Assembly: GCA_040400605.1 (NCBI GenBank)
Contig: JBBAPZ010000007.1
Span: 95,729-159,728, forward strand
Source: Candidatus Sericytochromatia bacterium
GTDB taxonomy: Bacteria > Cyanobacteriota > Sericytochromatia > S15B-MN24 > JAQBPE01
Reading direction: 5' to 3'
DNA length: 64,000 nt
Positions 18,119-31,945 of the stretch are shown here, in pieces. The translations under genes were made by a program, and so were the position numbers. Below the pieces are notes generated by a model. The model did no database searches and was not told the DNA's origin. It saw nothing but the letters and a program-made list of their open reading frames with translations. The first letter of the stretch is position 1. Every line of letters starts with the position of its first letter.

Positions 18119-18532
18119 TCAGCAGCGTCGTGACAAACCACCAAGGAGGTTCACTGCCTTCAAACGCACAATGGCCTTTTGCAAGGCAATCTCCGAGGAC
18201 GTTTCATTGAACTTGGACAAAGCTGCCTCCGCACGCCCCTTGGCCTGCTGCGCACGCAACTCATCAATTTCCTCACCAAGTTCCGCCGCATCCGTCAAAA
18301 CGGTAGCCTTCCGGGCCTGAACGTTTAAAAAACCACCCATCACCGTCATAACGCGATCCTCACCAGAAACCCGATAATGAAGCAAACCTGGCTTTAACGA
18401 CGTCAACAAAGGCGCATGACCCGGCAGGACTCCCAAATCACCGTCAACTCCAGAAAGCCAAAAACGATCGACCAAACCCGAGAAAACCAACCGGTCGGGC
18501 GCAACCACTTCAAGTGCGATGGTATGTGCCAT
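18119..18532 (-). CDS. atpC: ATP synthase F1 epsilon
   Basis: GDLGVLPGHAPLLT, MGGFL. Confidence 0.93.
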   Translation of the reverse strand: MAHTIALEVVAPDRLVFSGLVDRFWLSGVDGDLGVLPGHAPLLTSLKPGLLHYRVSGEDRVMTVMGGFLNVQARKATVLTDAAELGEEIDELRAQQAKGRAEAALSKFNETSSEIALQKAIVRLKAVNLLGGLSRRC

Positions 18533-18537
18533 TCCAA

Positions 18538-20885
<2,348 letters not shown>

Positions 20886-20894
20886 ATCGAATTC

Positions 20895-22412
20895 CTAACC
20901 GCGTACAAAGAACAAATTGTTCTTGAATGCGGCCACTGCCTCACGAATGTGATCCGCAGTCTGATCATCCAAAACACCCGTCCCTGTGATGGTTTGTTCA
21001 ATTTCAGGACGGTTGGACTTCAGGTAGGCCAACAGCTCTGCCTTAAAGCGACCGACCTCCGAAACAGGTACGTCATCCACCAAGCCATTGGTACCCGAAA
21101 AGATCAAAACGACCTGCTCACCAACGGATAACGGTGAGTACTGTGGCTGTTTCAAAATCTCCTGCAGGCGTTGCCCCCTCGCGATCTGAGCCTGTGTGGC
21201 CTTGTCAAGATCAGAAGCGAATTGGGCAAAAGCCGCTAACTCACGAAACTGCGCCAACTCAAGCCTGAGTCCACCCATTTTTTTCATTGCCTTCGTTTGC
21301 GCGGCCCCACCAACACGAGACACCGAAATGCCAGCGTTGACGGCCGGCCTGAAGCCCGCGTTGAAAAGGTCTGTCTCCAGAAAAATCTGCCCGTCGGTAA
21401 TTGAGATGACATTCGTCGGAATATAGGCAGACACATCACCGCCTTGGGTCTCAATGATCGGCAAAGCAGTCATTGAGCCGCCGCCCTCGGCATCAGACAG
21501 CTTGGCGGCGCGTTCAAGCAAACGGCTGTGTAGATAAAAGACATCACCGGGATAAGCCTCACGGCCCGGTGGCCGACGTAGCAGCAAAGACATTTCACGA
21601 TACGCCCACGCCTGACGCGTCAAGTCATCATAGACGATCAACACGTGCTTGCCCTCGTACATGAACGCTTCACCCATCGCACAGCCGGCATACGGGGCTA
21701 AGTAATTTAACGGAGCGGGTTCATCAGCACCAGCTGAAACGACGATTGAGTAATCCATTGCACCGTGATCCTCAAGGGCTTTGATCACCCGCGCGACTGT
21801 CGACGTTTTTTGACCGATGGCCACGTAAATGCAGACAACATCTTTTCCCTTTTGATTGATGATCGTATCAACAGCAACCGCAGTTTTGCCGGTCTGCCGA
21901 TCGCCAATAATCAACTCACGTTGACCCCGACCAATCGGTATCAACGCATCAACGATTGTCAAACCAGTCGCCAACGGCTCGTGCACGGACTTGCGGGAAA
22001 CAATCCCCGGTGCAGGGCTCTCCACCGCACGTTTTTTCTGGGCATTCAACGGGCCCTTGCCATCAATCGGAAGACCCAATGGGTTGACCACGCGGCCCAA
22101 CAACTCAGGTCCGACAGGAACCTCGACAATGCGTCCGGTCGTTTTTACCTGAGCCCCTTCCTTCACCTTACGATAATCACCCAGAATAACCGCACCAACA
22201 ACATCCTCATCCAGGTTGAGTGCCATCCCCATCACGTCATTCCCGAAATCCAACATCTCACCAGCCATCGCTTTTTGCAATCCGTGGACGCGTGCGATGC
22301 CATCGCCAACCTCCAAAACCACACCGGTGTTGGTAACCGCCAACTCCGACTGGTACTTTTCAAGTTGCTGCTTCAATACAGCACTAATTTCTTCTGGACG
22401 AATGCCTAACAT
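20895..22412 (-). CDS. atpA: ATP synthase F1 alpha
   Basis: [29 protein letters not shown]. Confidence 0.98.
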   Translation of the reverse strand: MLGIRPEEISAVLKQQLEKYQSELAVTNTGVVLEVGDGIARVHGLQKAMAGEMLDFGNDVMGMALNLDEDVVGAVILGDYRKVKEGAQVKTTGRIVEVPVGPELLGRVVNPLGLPIDGKGPLNAQKKRAVESPAPGIVSRKSVHEPLATGLTIVDALIPIGRGQRELIIGDRQTGKTAVAVDTIINQKGKDVVCIYVAIGQKTSTVARVIKALEDHGAMDYSIVVSAGADEPAPLNYLAPYAGCAMGEAFMYEGKHVLIVYDDLTRQAWAYREMSLLLRRPPGREAYPGDVFYLHSRLLERAAKLSDAEGGGSMTALPIIETQGGDVSAYIPTNVISITDGQIFLETDLFNAGFRPAVNAGISVSRVGGAAQTKAMKKMGGLRLELAQFRELAAFAQFASDLDKATQAQIARGQRLQEILKQPQYSPLSVGEQVVLIFSGTNGLVDDVPVSEVGRFKAELLAYLKSNRPEIEQTITGTGVLDDQTADHIREAVAAFKNNLFFVRG

Positions 22413-22463
22413 CGGAACTTCCTTCCTTAAAAGGGAACGCACGACCTCACGCGTGAAAACCGA

Positions 22464-22991
22464 TTACTTCAACGCCAACTTCAAATCTTGCAAACGACCC
22501 CTGAGGCTCGCATCGACAACCTGATCGCCTACCTGAACAATTATTCCGCCGATCAAACTTGGATCGATCTCAACCTCGATGGCAACATCGCTTCCCAGCT
22601 GCGCTCCAAGCAGCGCCTGAAGATCCGCGAGCTGAGCCTCTTCAACTGGACAGGGGCTTATCACCCTTGCACACGACCGTTTGCGCGTCACGTCACACCG
22701 TTCGCGGTACGCGACCTGAACATCACCAATCAAATCGTGTCGCTTCTTTTCAAGTAGCAACAAGAGCAAATTCAACAAGTAGGGATGCAGCCTTTCAGCA
22801 AACAAGGCTCTAACAATATGTTGTTTGTCAGCAAGCTTTAGAACGGGATGACGCCAAGCCTCAGCCAAAGACTGATTTGTCTCCAACATATCGATCAATT
22901 GTCCAAACTCGAGGTCGATGCGCCCCAATACATCGCTTTGGGCGGATGACGCTAATTCAAAAAGCGCGGCCGCATAGCGGTCCGCAATCAC
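22464..22991 (-). CDS. atpH: ATP synthase F1 delta
   Basis: ADRYAAALF, DPSLIGG, VDASLRGRL. Confidence 0.93.
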   Translation of the reverse strand: MIADRYAAALFELASSAQSDVLGRIDLEFGQLIDMLETNQSLAEAWRHPVLKLADKQHIVRALFAERLHPYLLNLLLLLLEKKRHDLIGDVQVAYRERCDVTRKRSCARVISPCPVEEAQLADLQALLGAQLGSDVAIEVEIDPSLIGGIIVQVGDQVVDASLRGRLQDLKLALK

Positions 22992-23485
22992 CTGAGTACT
23001 AATGTTCCATCCCCCACTTTCTGCACCACACCGCTCACCAGTTCCCGCTGACGCTCTGCATTCATTTGCTGCTGCAACTCAAGCGTCGCCCGCTCGAAGG
23101 CCTGGGCCAACACTGCCTGCCGCAATGCCTCCACCGCTGATTGACGCTCACGCGCAATCTCAGCCTGAGCCTGAAGCTTGAGCCGCTCACATTCGATTCT
23201 CGCACCTTCGACAACTACCACCGCTTGGTTACGTGCAGCCACCGCTGCATCCTCCAACATCACGGCTATCTCACCATCCAACTGACTCAAACGGTGTTCG
23301 ACGTGAGCCAATGAGGCGATAGCTTGACGCTCCGCGGTGTCCGCCTCGTCCAGCGCCCGCTGCGTGGCCGCCTGCTTCTCAGCGACCATCCGCGCAAACA
23401 ACGGCATGCCAAACTTGCCAACGACGATCGCAAACAGTACAAAGTTAATCAACGCACCAATCGCATGTACTGTACCAAATCCCAT
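22988..23485 (-). CDS. atpF: ATP synthase F0 subunit b
   Basis: LINFVLF TM helix plus coiled coil. Confidence 0.88.
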   Translation of the reverse strand: MGFGTVHAIGALINFVLFAIVVGKFGMPLFARMVAEKQAATQRALDEADTAERQAIASLAHVEHRLSQLDGEIAVMLEDAAVAARNQAVVVVEGARIECERLKLQAQAEIARERQSAVEALRQAVLAQAFERATLELQQQMNAERQRELVSGVVQKVGDGTLVLR

Positions 23486-23946
23486 TATTCACGCCCCCCA
23501 GAAACACCCGCCCCAACCAATGCAGGGGACGCGCCCAAGGCTTTGAGCCTGATTTCATCTGACAAAGCCGAAACCTCATCCTGCAAGCCCGCGAGCAAAC
23601 GCTCTTTTTCAGCACCGATACCGCGCAAGGCCTCTTCAACCTCGGCTGATACCTGCAAACCGGTCTCCGCCACCAACGCCTGCCTTTGCGCTTCTGCCGA
23701 CTTCAGGGCTTCTACCAAGGTCGCGGACGCACGATGCTTCGCCGACGCCAAACCAGCCTCTAGCTGCACTTCGAGTGCCTGAGCGCGCGATACCGCTTCC
23801 TGCGCGCGAAACTTCCGACCATCGATCAACTCGCGTCGCGCATCTAAAACACGAACAACCGGCCCAAAAAAGACGATATTCATCAATACTGCAAAAACCA
23901 GAAACATCAGAAGCACAATCGGAAGGGTGAGGTTAATGTCCAGCAT
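23485..23946 (-). CDS. ATP synthase F0 subunit b'
   Basis: MLDINLTLP...MNIVFFGPVVRVLDARR resembles cyanobacterial b'. Confidence 0.88.
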   Translation of the reverse strand: MLDINLTLPIVLLMFLVFAVLMNIVFFGPVVRVLDARRELIDGRKFRAQEAVSRAQALEVQLEAGLASAKHRASATLVEALKSAEAQRQALVAETGLQVSAEVEEALRGIGAEKERLLAGLQDEVSALSDEIRLKALGASPALVGAGVSGGRE

Positions 23947-23977
23947 ATCCGTTTCTCCTCAGCGAGAAAAGCCAACA

Positions 23978-23999
23978 CCCGGCGGCAACGGCCGCCGGG
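23978..23999. promoter_or_regulatory. GC-rich stem-loop downstream of atpE (mRNA stability or partial termination)
   Basis: CCCGGCGGC-AACG-GCCGCCGGG. Confidence 0.55.
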
Positions 24000-24012
24000 C
24001 AATCAACCGACC

Positions 24013-24390
<378 letters not shown>

Positions 24391-24403
24391 TCAAATTCAA
24401 CAA

Positions 24404-25249
24404 CTAGTGAGCGTGCGAATGGTCGGCAACAGCCGTACCAATGTACGACGCTGACAACACCGCAAAAACGAAAGCCTGAATTGCGCCGACGAATAGCTCA
24501 AGGGGGAGCAGAATTGACGGTACAACAAAATATGTCAACATCAGAAGAACCAAACCGATCACATGTCCGGCCGTCATGTTGGCAAAGAGTCTCAGCGCCA
24601 AAGACAACGGCCGTGTAACATCTTCGAGCATACGCAAAGGGGCGAGCAAAGCTGGCTTCGCAAACCAGTGATGCGCCAAGAACCCAGTCGCGCCGTTGTG
24701 TAAGACACCAAAATACCAATATAAAACCAAGGTGACGATCGCCATTGCAAGCGTCATGTTCAGGTCGGCCGTGGGCGCCTCATACACCAGAGGATGCGGC
24801 GCACCCAGCACCGCCCCCAACGGACGACCGACCCAAATTTCCCAAGCCTTCCAAGGCAACAATGCCAACCAGTTGGACGCTAAGATAAACATAAAGACCG
24901 AACCAATGTACCAAAGGTAGGGCTTGGCATCAACGCCAATAAAGTCACGCACGATCTTAAGGCAAAACTCAACCAACAATTCGATCACTGACCCAGTGCC
25001 ATTTGGGTCTTCATGCGGTTCCGGGCTTAAGGTGCGCGCAAGCAACCCGAACACCGCCAGCAACGCTAACATCACAAGGCCGGCATATACGACAGTATCG
25101 ACATGAAAAGAACCGACACCCGGAACACTCTGAACCCAATGCTGACCCAAGGTAATGCCAGACTCCCCGCCGTGATGAGCAGCACCGTGCGCCGTCATAC
25201 CGGCCGTCGCCCCATGCCCTTCTCCCTGTGCGATCATAAAGCTAGTCAA
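24404..25249 (-). CDS. atpB: ATP synthase F0 subunit a
   Basis: PTADLN, RPLSLALRLFANM, IQAFVF. Confidence 0.96.
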   Translation of the reverse strand: MTSFMIAQGEGHGATAGMTAHGAAHHGGESGITLGQHWVQSVPGVGSFHVDTVVYAGLVMLALLAVFGLLARTLSPEPHEDPNGTGSVIELLVEFCLKIVRDFIGVDAKPYLWYIGSVFMFILASNWLALLPWKAWEIWVGRPLGAVLGAPHPLVYEAPTADLNMTLAMAIVTLVLYWYFGVLHNGATGFLAHHWFAKPALLAPLRMLEDVTRPLSLALRLFANMTAGHVIGLVLLMLTYFVVPSILLPLELFVGAIQAFVFAVLSASYIGTAVADHSHAH

Positions 25250-25662
25250 TCAAGACCTCCCACTGAACTGGCGTAAGCGGGTGTAGACCTGGATTCGCGC
25301 GGCCACGCCACAAAAAAAATCCAATGACGTGCCACCAACAACGCAAGCAGGCTAACCAAACCTGGCGAACCCCACATTATGAAACACAAAGCCGGTATCG
25401 CCGCACAAATCACTTGCCGAAACACCACTCCACCCATCGCCGACACAAAGGACAACGACTTGCGCTTCTCACCGCGACTGCGCAGGTCCCAAGCCAGCAG
25501 CCGGTAGTAGGCTGACGCCACCCCCGTGCCCATCCCTACAGCCACCATCGAACGCCAACCGCCCCACCAAAAAGCCAAGAAGCCGAAAACGGCCGCAAAA
25601 AGCACCAATTGTGGGTACAACCGCGCCTCGATTGTCGCAATGTCGTCAAAATTTGAAACCAT
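25246..25662 (-). CDS. atpI: ATP synthase protein I-like membrane protein
   Basis: About 4 TM helices, overlaps atpB start, first gene of the operon. Confidence 0.7.
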   Translation of the reverse strand: MVSNFDDIATIEARLYPQLVLFAAVFGFLAFWWGGWRSMVAVGMGTGVASAYYRLLAWDLRSRGEKRKSLSFVSAMGGVVFRQVICAAIPALCFIMWGSPGLVSLLALLVARHWIFFVAWPRESRSTPAYASSVGGLD

Positions 25663-25990
25663 ACTGAACTCTGTGCATCATCGCTCGACCAATTTCACAC
25701 AACCTGGATAACGCTCCTTGGGGCAGCAGGCTCATCACTTACGCAACAAGGGTGCTCATCATCCAAATGTCAAAAAGCGAGCTTAAAAAATACCTGGAGT
25801 CGACATTCGTAAACGACCAACGTCTCATTCCCGCCGATCACCAGTCGGTGTACGCGTCTATCGAAAATAGGTCGTCGCACCAAGTCTCCCTTGAGTGTCA
25901 ACGGTACCACAACCCTTCACCATGCCGCAACAAAACCATACTCCGCACCAGGCGTGACCCAACTGCAAAAACCGTTTTCTTGACCGCAAT

Positions 25991-26045
25991 CTAACGCGCG
26001 AAGCGCCTGGCTTACTCACAGAAGCCGGGCGCTTCGCAGCGTTAG
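25991..26045. repeat. Long imperfect inverted repeat
   Basis: CTAACGC-GCGAAGCGCC-TGGCTT...AAGCC-GGGCGCTTCGC-A-GCGTTAG. Confidence 0.7.
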
Positions 26046-26278
26046 AATGACCGCATCGAAGTCTTAAAAACCAAGCCGTAGGATCAGCATTGGTGCAAAC
26101 CCTTAACCAGGGTTCCCACCAAAAGCCTGAGCGCACTCTCCCGCACCAAGCAACGCGACGCGCAAGCGATGAACCAAGGACAAGGCACACTGGCCGACCG
26201 ATGCCAAGCCTAAACGCCGAACCCAAACAAAATAAAGCTAAAAACAAATGGCGGATGAATATTCCCTTGGCGGCCCAT

Positions 26279-26722
26279 TCAAGGCAGGGGATCGGGCGCG
26301 CTACCCATCAAGGCTTGAAGCTCATTGGTCAACAGTTTCGCTGCCTGTTCAATGTGTACCTTCACTAAACCGGTTTTCGCAGGGTCGACAAAAACAACCA
26401 CCAACACATCGCGTGTATCAAGCGCACTCATATAAATGCTCGTACGCTCGCCCTGCTGAAACATAGACACAAAATCGTTCTCGCCAATCAGTTTGGCAAC
26501 AGCACGGGACGATGAGAAACTTCCGCTAACCAAAGAGGCGACCGCAACGGTGTCTATGCCCTTGGTGTCACCCTCCAAAGCCAGCAACTGTCCACTTTTT
26601 TCAACAAGGACGACCGCGGTGGCGTCGACATCACGAAGCAAGGTGGCTAAAATCCGCTGCATCTTCGCCATACTCGCTTCCGTCAGCACGACATTGGTCA
26701 ACAACTTGTTAAGCACCGCCAT
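26279..26722 (-). CDS. mglB: Roadblock/LC7 protein, MglB-like
   Basis: LVEKSGQLL, ASLVSGSF..AVAKLIGENDF..MFQQGE, GLVKV resemble Myxococcus MglB. Confidence 0.8.
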   Translation of the reverse strand: MAVLNKLLTNVVLTEASMAKMQRILATLLRDVDATAVVLVEKSGQLLALEGDTKGIDTVAVASLVSGSFSSSRAVAKLIGENDFVSMFQQGERTSIYMSALDTRDVLVVVFVDPAKTGLVKVHIEQAAKLLTNELQALMGSAPDPLP

Positions 26723-26771
26723 TCCTCTCTCGACACGCGCGTACCCAAGCTATATATACCACGTAGCCCGG

Positions 26772-28118
26772 TCACATAAGCACCTTACTTAAATTGATAC
26801 GACCGAATCCCCATCGCGCATCGCGCCCGGGCGGGCCTTTGTCGTCCACACTTTGTCTAAGCCGCATGCGAACTTGTGCAGCAGACCACTCCGGGTGCTG
26901 GCCGATGATCAAGGCTGCCGCACCTGACACAAATGGCGTGGCTTGGCTGGTGCCGCTCAGTTTACCGTAATCACGGCCCAGGACACTGCCTTTTGAAGGC
27001 AAGGTACTTACAATGCCGCCACCTGGTGCCGCAATTTCGATTTTCTCACCGTAGTTCGAAAAGAACGACGACCACTCAAACGGTCCAAAACCGCTTGATG
27101 AGGAGACCGCAATCGCGATTGGGTCATTCGCAGGTGATCCCACCTGCCCGCGATTGTTGCCTGCGGCGGAGACGACAAGAACCCCTTTGTCTCGCGCATA
27201 AACCAACGCTTGATGCAGAACGGGATCGATTACCGGATCATTCGTCCCCAAAGACATATTAATGACACTCGCACCGTGGTCGACCGCATATTTGATCCCA
27301 GCTACCACGTTGCCAGTGTTACCCTTTCCACGATCACCCAAAACCTGCACGGCAAGAATACGAGACGCCCACGCCACGCCCGCCACACCCAAGCCATTGT
27401 TGCCTGAGGCCGCGATGATACCGGCCACGTGCGTACCGTGACCGAAACGATCCATCGGATCCGCATCCTGATTCGCCAAATCAGGCCCCAAAACAACCCG
27501 TCCTTTTAATTCCGGATGCTCGTAATCAACACCCGTGTCCAAAACCGCTACCAGCACGCCGCGTCCATTGCCCCCCTTGGCCCACGCAGCCTGAGCATAC
27601 AAACGCGTTTGATGCATCCCCCACTGATCCTTCCAAAACGGATCATTCACCACGGTTCCCACCTGATACACCCGATTGACGTGAACGGCATCAACCCCGG
27701 CACGCGATGCGAAGTAACGCACCGCATCATCCCGAGACATCCCGGGCGGTACCTTGACAACCTGATAACGCCTGCCAACATCGATATCACCACGTCTCGT
27801 GTCATGATTCGACGTCATCAACCGACGGCCCGGCTTCACGGCCACAATCAACTCGTCCGGCACAACCTCTGGGACCGCCGAATCAAACGACGCCAAATCC
27901 GGTTCTGCCTCCGCAGGACGCGTCTCATACTGTTGGGTGGTTACCATAAACGGCCCCGCAAGACGCGACTCAATCCGAGCCGGCAGGGTCTGCTTCATCA
28001 TCGGAACTGCAACGTTTCCACCGCCGCACGCACCCAACGATATGAGGACACCCATCACGCCAGCCAAACGCACAGACCGACGACTCAACCGATAAAACAC
28101 GCGCTGAACGTTTTGCAT
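26772..28118 (-). CDS. S8 subtilisin/thermitase-like serine protease, probable lipoprotein
   Basis: LDTGVD, HGTHVAG, AAGN, SGTSQATP; LGAC lipobox; start uncertain. Confidence 0.9.
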   Translation of the reverse strand: MQNVQRVFYRLSRRSVRLAGVMGVLISLGACGGGNVAVPMMKQTLPARIESRLAGPFMVTTQQYETRPAEAEPDLASFDSAVPEVVPDELIVAVKPGRRLMTSNHDTRRGDIDVGRRYQVVKVPPGMSRDDAVRYFASRAGVDAVHVNRVYQVGTVVNDPFWKDQWGMHQTRLYAQAAWAKGGNGRGVLVAVLDTGVDYEHPELKGRVVLGPDLANQDADPMDRFGHGTHVAGIIAASGNNGLGVAGVAWASRILAVQVLGDRGKGNTGNVVAGIKYAVDHGASVINMSLGTNDPVIDPVLHQALVYARDKGVLVVSAAGNNRGQVGSPANDPIAIAVSSSSGFGPFEWSSFFSNYGEKIEIAAPGGGIVSTLPSKGSVLGRDYGKLSGTSQATPFVSGAAALIIGQHPEWSAAQVRMRLRQSVDDKGPPGRDARWGFGRINLSKVLM

Positions 28119-28197
28119 AAGCCCAACCTTTGCTGTCGCCCAACCTGGCTGCAAAACATATCAGCGACGCCTACAGAATACTGACGCTAAACTTTAT

Positions 28198-28212
28198 TTA
28201 ACTTATGATTAA
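28198..28212. promoter_or_regulatory. TTAA-N7-TTAA box upstream of the S8 protease
   Basis: TTAACTTATGATTAA. Confidence 0.5.
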
Positions 28213-28496
28213 TCAAGCTCACCGTCGAACAGGCACGAGTGGCGCAGCAAGTGCAAACGACGGGGCGAAAGCGGCTTCTTCCTATCGTGTCTGTGCTGGG
28301 CAGGAGTCACGCCGATCTCTCATGCATTGCCGTCTTTTTCGATGCGGCGAGAAAGCGGACGAAATTAAAGGAAAAACGACATGGGTGGGGGACGTTCGAG
28401 GAATTATGACAGACGATACGAGGCAGAACGTCTGCTAGGTGTCACGTGTTGGGTAACCAGGATATTGTTGGTTACCCTTTGCCGCGTCAATTGCGA

Positions 28497-29150
28497 TCAA
28501 AATGGCGAATGAAGCCGCCAGGCAACCGTCGCGTCTCCTGCGCGGTGTTGAAAACACAAGCGTGCCCATCGAACATCACCGCCAAGGAGTGGTCTGCGGT
28601 GATTAAATTCACGAAACGGAAACCAAACACGAACCTGCCCCCGCCAAAAACCATCAACCGATAGCCGGCTCGCGCTCAACACACTCACGGCCAGTGGCAT
28701 CACTGCATCACCCTTGTCATTTTTCAGGGTAAATTGCCACGTTGTTGGATCCAAGACACGTCCACTGGCCTGAAACTGCTGATCAAAACGCCACGTCACA
28801 TCGAAAGGAATGCGATCACAAGCACCAAAATACGCTTGCCACCGACTCCGTATCAATTGGCGATCATCACCGCCCTCTGACAAGGACAAAGCCTCGTCAC
28901 CTTGGGTTAGCATGCCGTACACCAAAATCGGCGCGAGCAAAGTGACTTCCAACTCACCCCCCAGTCCCAACTTGGTACGACGGACCAAACGTGATCGCAA
29001 AACATTGTGATCATCAACCTGATGACGCACCGCTGCTTCCGGTGGCTCCAACGACACCAACGGTGCGATTGTGGGACCATCATCCGCATACAACGAACCG
29101 CACCCACCAACAACGAAAACCGTCAGACACCAGCGCGCCCAAACGGGCAA
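28497..29150 (-). CDS. Hypothetical lipoprotein
   Basis: TTG start just after the wecB stop, VGGC lipobox, beta-rich body. Confidence 0.6.
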   Translation of the reverse strand: MPVWARWCLTVFVVGGCGSLYADDGPTIAPLVSLEPPEAAVRHQVDDHNVLRSRLVRRTKLGLGGELEVTLLAPILVYGMLTQGDEALSLSEGGDDRQLIRSRWQAYFGACDRIPFDVTWRFDQQFQASGRVLDPTTWQFTLKNDKGDAVMPLAVSVLSASRLSVDGFWRGQVRVWFPFREFNHRRPLLGGDVRWARLCFQHRAGDATVAWRLHSPF

Positions 29151-29157
29151 ACCACCC

Positions 29158-30306
29158 CTAACAGGAAACAAGGGGATGCCCAAAAGAATCGGTTGGCCGG
29201 CTCTCCCGTAGACCCAGAAAATAGCGAACAGCCTCAACAATCCTCACGCATGCCCGGCCATCGCCGTAAGGATTCAAAGCGCGCGCCATCTGCAAGTAGG
29301 CATCTTGATCCTGCAACAAACGCGATGTACGCGCCACAATCAAATCTTCGTCGACACCGACCAACTCCACCGTTCCAGCTTGCACAGCTTCCGGACGCTC
29401 AGTCGTTGTCCGCAACACCAAGACAGGCTTTCCAAGTGAAGGGGCTTCCTCCTGAACACCACCACTGTCGGTCAGTATGACAGTCGCATCACGCATGGCG
29501 GCAACAAACGGCGCATAATCCAACGGTTCGATCAACGAAACACGTGGATGTGAGCCCAAGATGCCTTCCACCGTGTCACGAACCACCGGGTTGCGATGCA
29601 CCGGAAACAACACGCTTAGGTCCGGATCCGCAGCAACCAGTCTTAGCACCGCACGACAAATGTTCGCCATCGGCTCTCCCCAGTTCTCCCGCCGATGCGC
29701 CGTTACCAACAAGCGCCGTGTTGGTTGTGACGACGTCAGCTCAATACCTTGAGCGGTAGCAAGCAACGCATCGATAACCGTGTTGCCAGTGCAATAAACA
29801 GCCTCGGATGACACCCCTTCCCTGAGTAAATTGGCAACCGATGTTGCAGTCGGCGCAAAGTGAAGCGTGCTCAACTGCGTCGCCAGACGACGGTTCATTT
29901 CTTCTGGATAAGGATTGTAGCGATCAGGCGTACGCAGTCCAGCCTCAACATGCCCGACCGGTATCTGTTGATAAAACGCCGCTAGCGAGGCAGCAAACGT
30001 CGTGGTTGTATCCCCATGCACCAAGACGAGTGCAGGCTTGCGTTGGTCCAAAACCGGCTTCAAGCCAGCAATCACACGGATGGTGATGTCAGTCAACGTC
30101 TGGCCAGACTTCATCAGGTCCAAATCATGGTCAGGGACAAGGTTGAACAAATCCAACACCTGGTCCAGCATCTCGCGATGTTGCGCCGTAACGGCCAAGG
30201 CGGTGTCCAACTCCGGGCAAGCCTGCAATGCCCTCACCAACGGCGCCATCTTGATCGCCTCTGGTCGCGTGCCAAAAATTGTCATCACCAGTGGTTTCAT
30301 GTTCAC
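29158..30306 (-). CDS. wecB: UDP-GlcNAc 2-epimerase (non-hydrolysing)
   Basis: FGTRPEAIKMAP, HVEAGLR, TDSGGVQEEAP. Confidence 0.96.
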   Translation of the reverse strand: MNMKPLVMTIFGTRPEAIKMAPLVRALQACPELDTALAVTAQHREMLDQVLDLFNLVPDHDLDLMKSGQTLTDITIRVIAGLKPVLDQRKPALVLVHGDTTTTFAASLAAFYQQIPVGHVEAGLRTPDRYNPYPEEMNRRLATQLSTLHFAPTATSVANLLREGVSSEAVYCTGNTVIDALLATAQGIELTSSQPTRRLLVTAHRRENWGEPMANICRAVLRLVAADPDLSVLFPVHRNPVVRDTVEGILGSHPRVSLIEPLDYAPFVAAMRDATVILTDSGGVQEEAPSLGKPVLVLRTTTERPEAVQAGTVELVGVDEDLIVARTSRLLQDQDAYLQMARALNPYGDGRACVRIVEAVRYFLGLRESRPTDSFGHPLVSC

Positions 30307-30309
30307 AAC

Positions 30310-31359
30310 TCACCCACTTTGACCGCTGATAAAAACCTTACCCAAGACAATCCATAAAAGCAGACCAATCGCGGTCAGCAAAACCACACCACCCTCAGGT
30401 ATGCCGAAGAGTGTTAAGGCCGTTCCCCCCAACAACAGGCAGATGCCATAGATAATGACCACGGCGCGTCTTTGCGAAAATCCCAGTCCCAGCAAGCGAT
30501 GATGCAGATGCCCACGATCGGGAGAAAAAATCGGCTGCCGCCGCAAAGCCCGACGAACAATCGCGAAGGTTGTATCAAATATCGGGACACCCAGTATCAA
30601 CACCGGAACCAAAACAGCCGCCGCAGCGGCCACCTTGAGCAAACCCACAACAGAGGTGGCGGCCAAGGTAAATCCCAAAAACAAACTGCCCGAGTCCCCC
30701 ATAAAGACCTTGGCAGGATTCCAATTGTACCGCAGAAACCCAACAGTCGCACCAACAAGCGCGATAGCCAACAATGCAATATCCAGTTGTCTCGTCTGCC
30801 AGGCGATCAATGCCGTCGTACTGGCAGCAATCAGCGACACACCACCAGCGAGTCCATCAAGCCCATCTATCAAATTAATCGTGTTGGTAATGCCAACCAA
30901 CCAAAAAATTGTCAACGGAACAGTCACAAACACAGGCAGCAACCACAGCCCACCCACCGGATTGCTCAAGACTTCGATACGCACACCAAAGTAGACCGCG
31001 ACTGAAGCGGCGGCAATCTGGACAGCGAGCTTGAACTTGGCGGGCAAGGGTTTCAAGTCGTCAGCAATACCCAAAACAAATATCATCACTGCCCCCAAAA
31101 ACAACCCAACGAAGGGACCTTCTCGGGGAAAGACCCGACCTGGGACCAGAAACTCCACAGCAGCCAAGGCACAAAAGAAGCCCAGAAAAATTGCCACACC
31201 ACCCAACCGCGGAATCGGTACGGTATGAACCTTACGCGCATCGGGCGTATCCACGCGACCAAAACGGTGCGCGAGGCTCGTCACTCGTGGAATCATCAGG
31301 TCTGTTGCCAACCATGCAACTAACAGGGTAACAACGTAGGGCCAGAGGTGCTCCCGCAT
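30310..31359 (-). CDS. wecA: Undecaprenyl-phosphate GlcNAc-1-phosphate transferase (WecA/TagO family)
   Basis: RKVH..PIPRLGG, NLIDGLDGLA, FMGDSG, DRGHLHHRL. Confidence 0.9.
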   Translation of the reverse strand: MREHLWPYVVTLLVAWLATDLMIPRVTSLAHRFGRVDTPDARKVHTVPIPRLGGVAIFLGFFCALAAVEFLVPGRVFPREGPFVGLFLGAVMIFVLGIADDLKPLPAKFKLAVQIAAASVAVYFGVRIEVLSNPVGGLWLLPVFVTVPLTIFWLVGITNTINLIDGLDGLAGGVSLIAASTTALIAWQTRQLDIALLAIALVGATVGFLRYNWNPAKVFMGDSGSLFLGFTLAATSVVGLLKVAAAAAVLVPVLILGVPIFDTTFAIVRRALRRQPIFSPDRGHLHHRLLGLGFSQRRAVVIIYGICLLLGGTALTLFGIPEGGVVLLTAIGLLLWIVLGKVFISGQSG

Positions 31360-31465
31360 CTTGCTTTCCTCACACGAACCCGCACGCTACCGAAAAACCA
31401 GCAAGGTTAAGCGTATCACAGGCCTTCTCACCCCTCAAGCATGTCCTGGTTGGTCGAAACCAGGC

Positions 31466-31945
31466 TCAGGCATGCGGCAAGGGAGGGGGCTCAATTGACG
31501 CTGGGCGATGCTCCAGGCAAATGCCAGCAGCCTCGAGAAACTCCAGACTGACCGGGTCAGGGTAACCCTCTCGCCACACCACACGCTGAATCCCTGCCGT
31601 GATGATTGCCTTGGCACAGTTCAAACACGGTTGCGCCGTGACATAAATTGTTGCACCGTCTGTACGATGCCCAAAACGCGCAGCGGTCAAGATGGCGTTT
31701 TGCTCGGCGTGGGTGGCCCGCTGGCAAGATGGGCGACCATCCACCTCCCGCAACAGGTGCCCCACTTCGTCGCAGTGCGGCAACCCCGGCGGCGCACCGT
31801 TATACCCCGTCGCGATGGGGTGACGGTCACGCACGATGACCGCACCCACGTGCTTGCGATCACAGGTCGCACGCGTGGCCACCACTTGTGCCATCATCAA
31901 AAAATAGTCATCCCAACTCGGCCTGCGCGCCATCTCAAGCTTCAC
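31466..31945 (-). CDS. dCMP deaminase (ComEB family)
   Basis: [25 protein letters not shown]. Confidence 0.92.
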   Translation of the reverse strand: MKLEMARRPSWDDYFLMMAQVVATRATCDRKHVGAVIVRDRHPIATGYNGAPPGLPHCDEVGHLLREVDGRPSCQRATHAEQNAILTAARFGHRTDGATIYVTAQPCLNCAKAIITAGIQRVVWREGYPDPVSLEFLEAAGICLEHRPASIEPPPLPHA

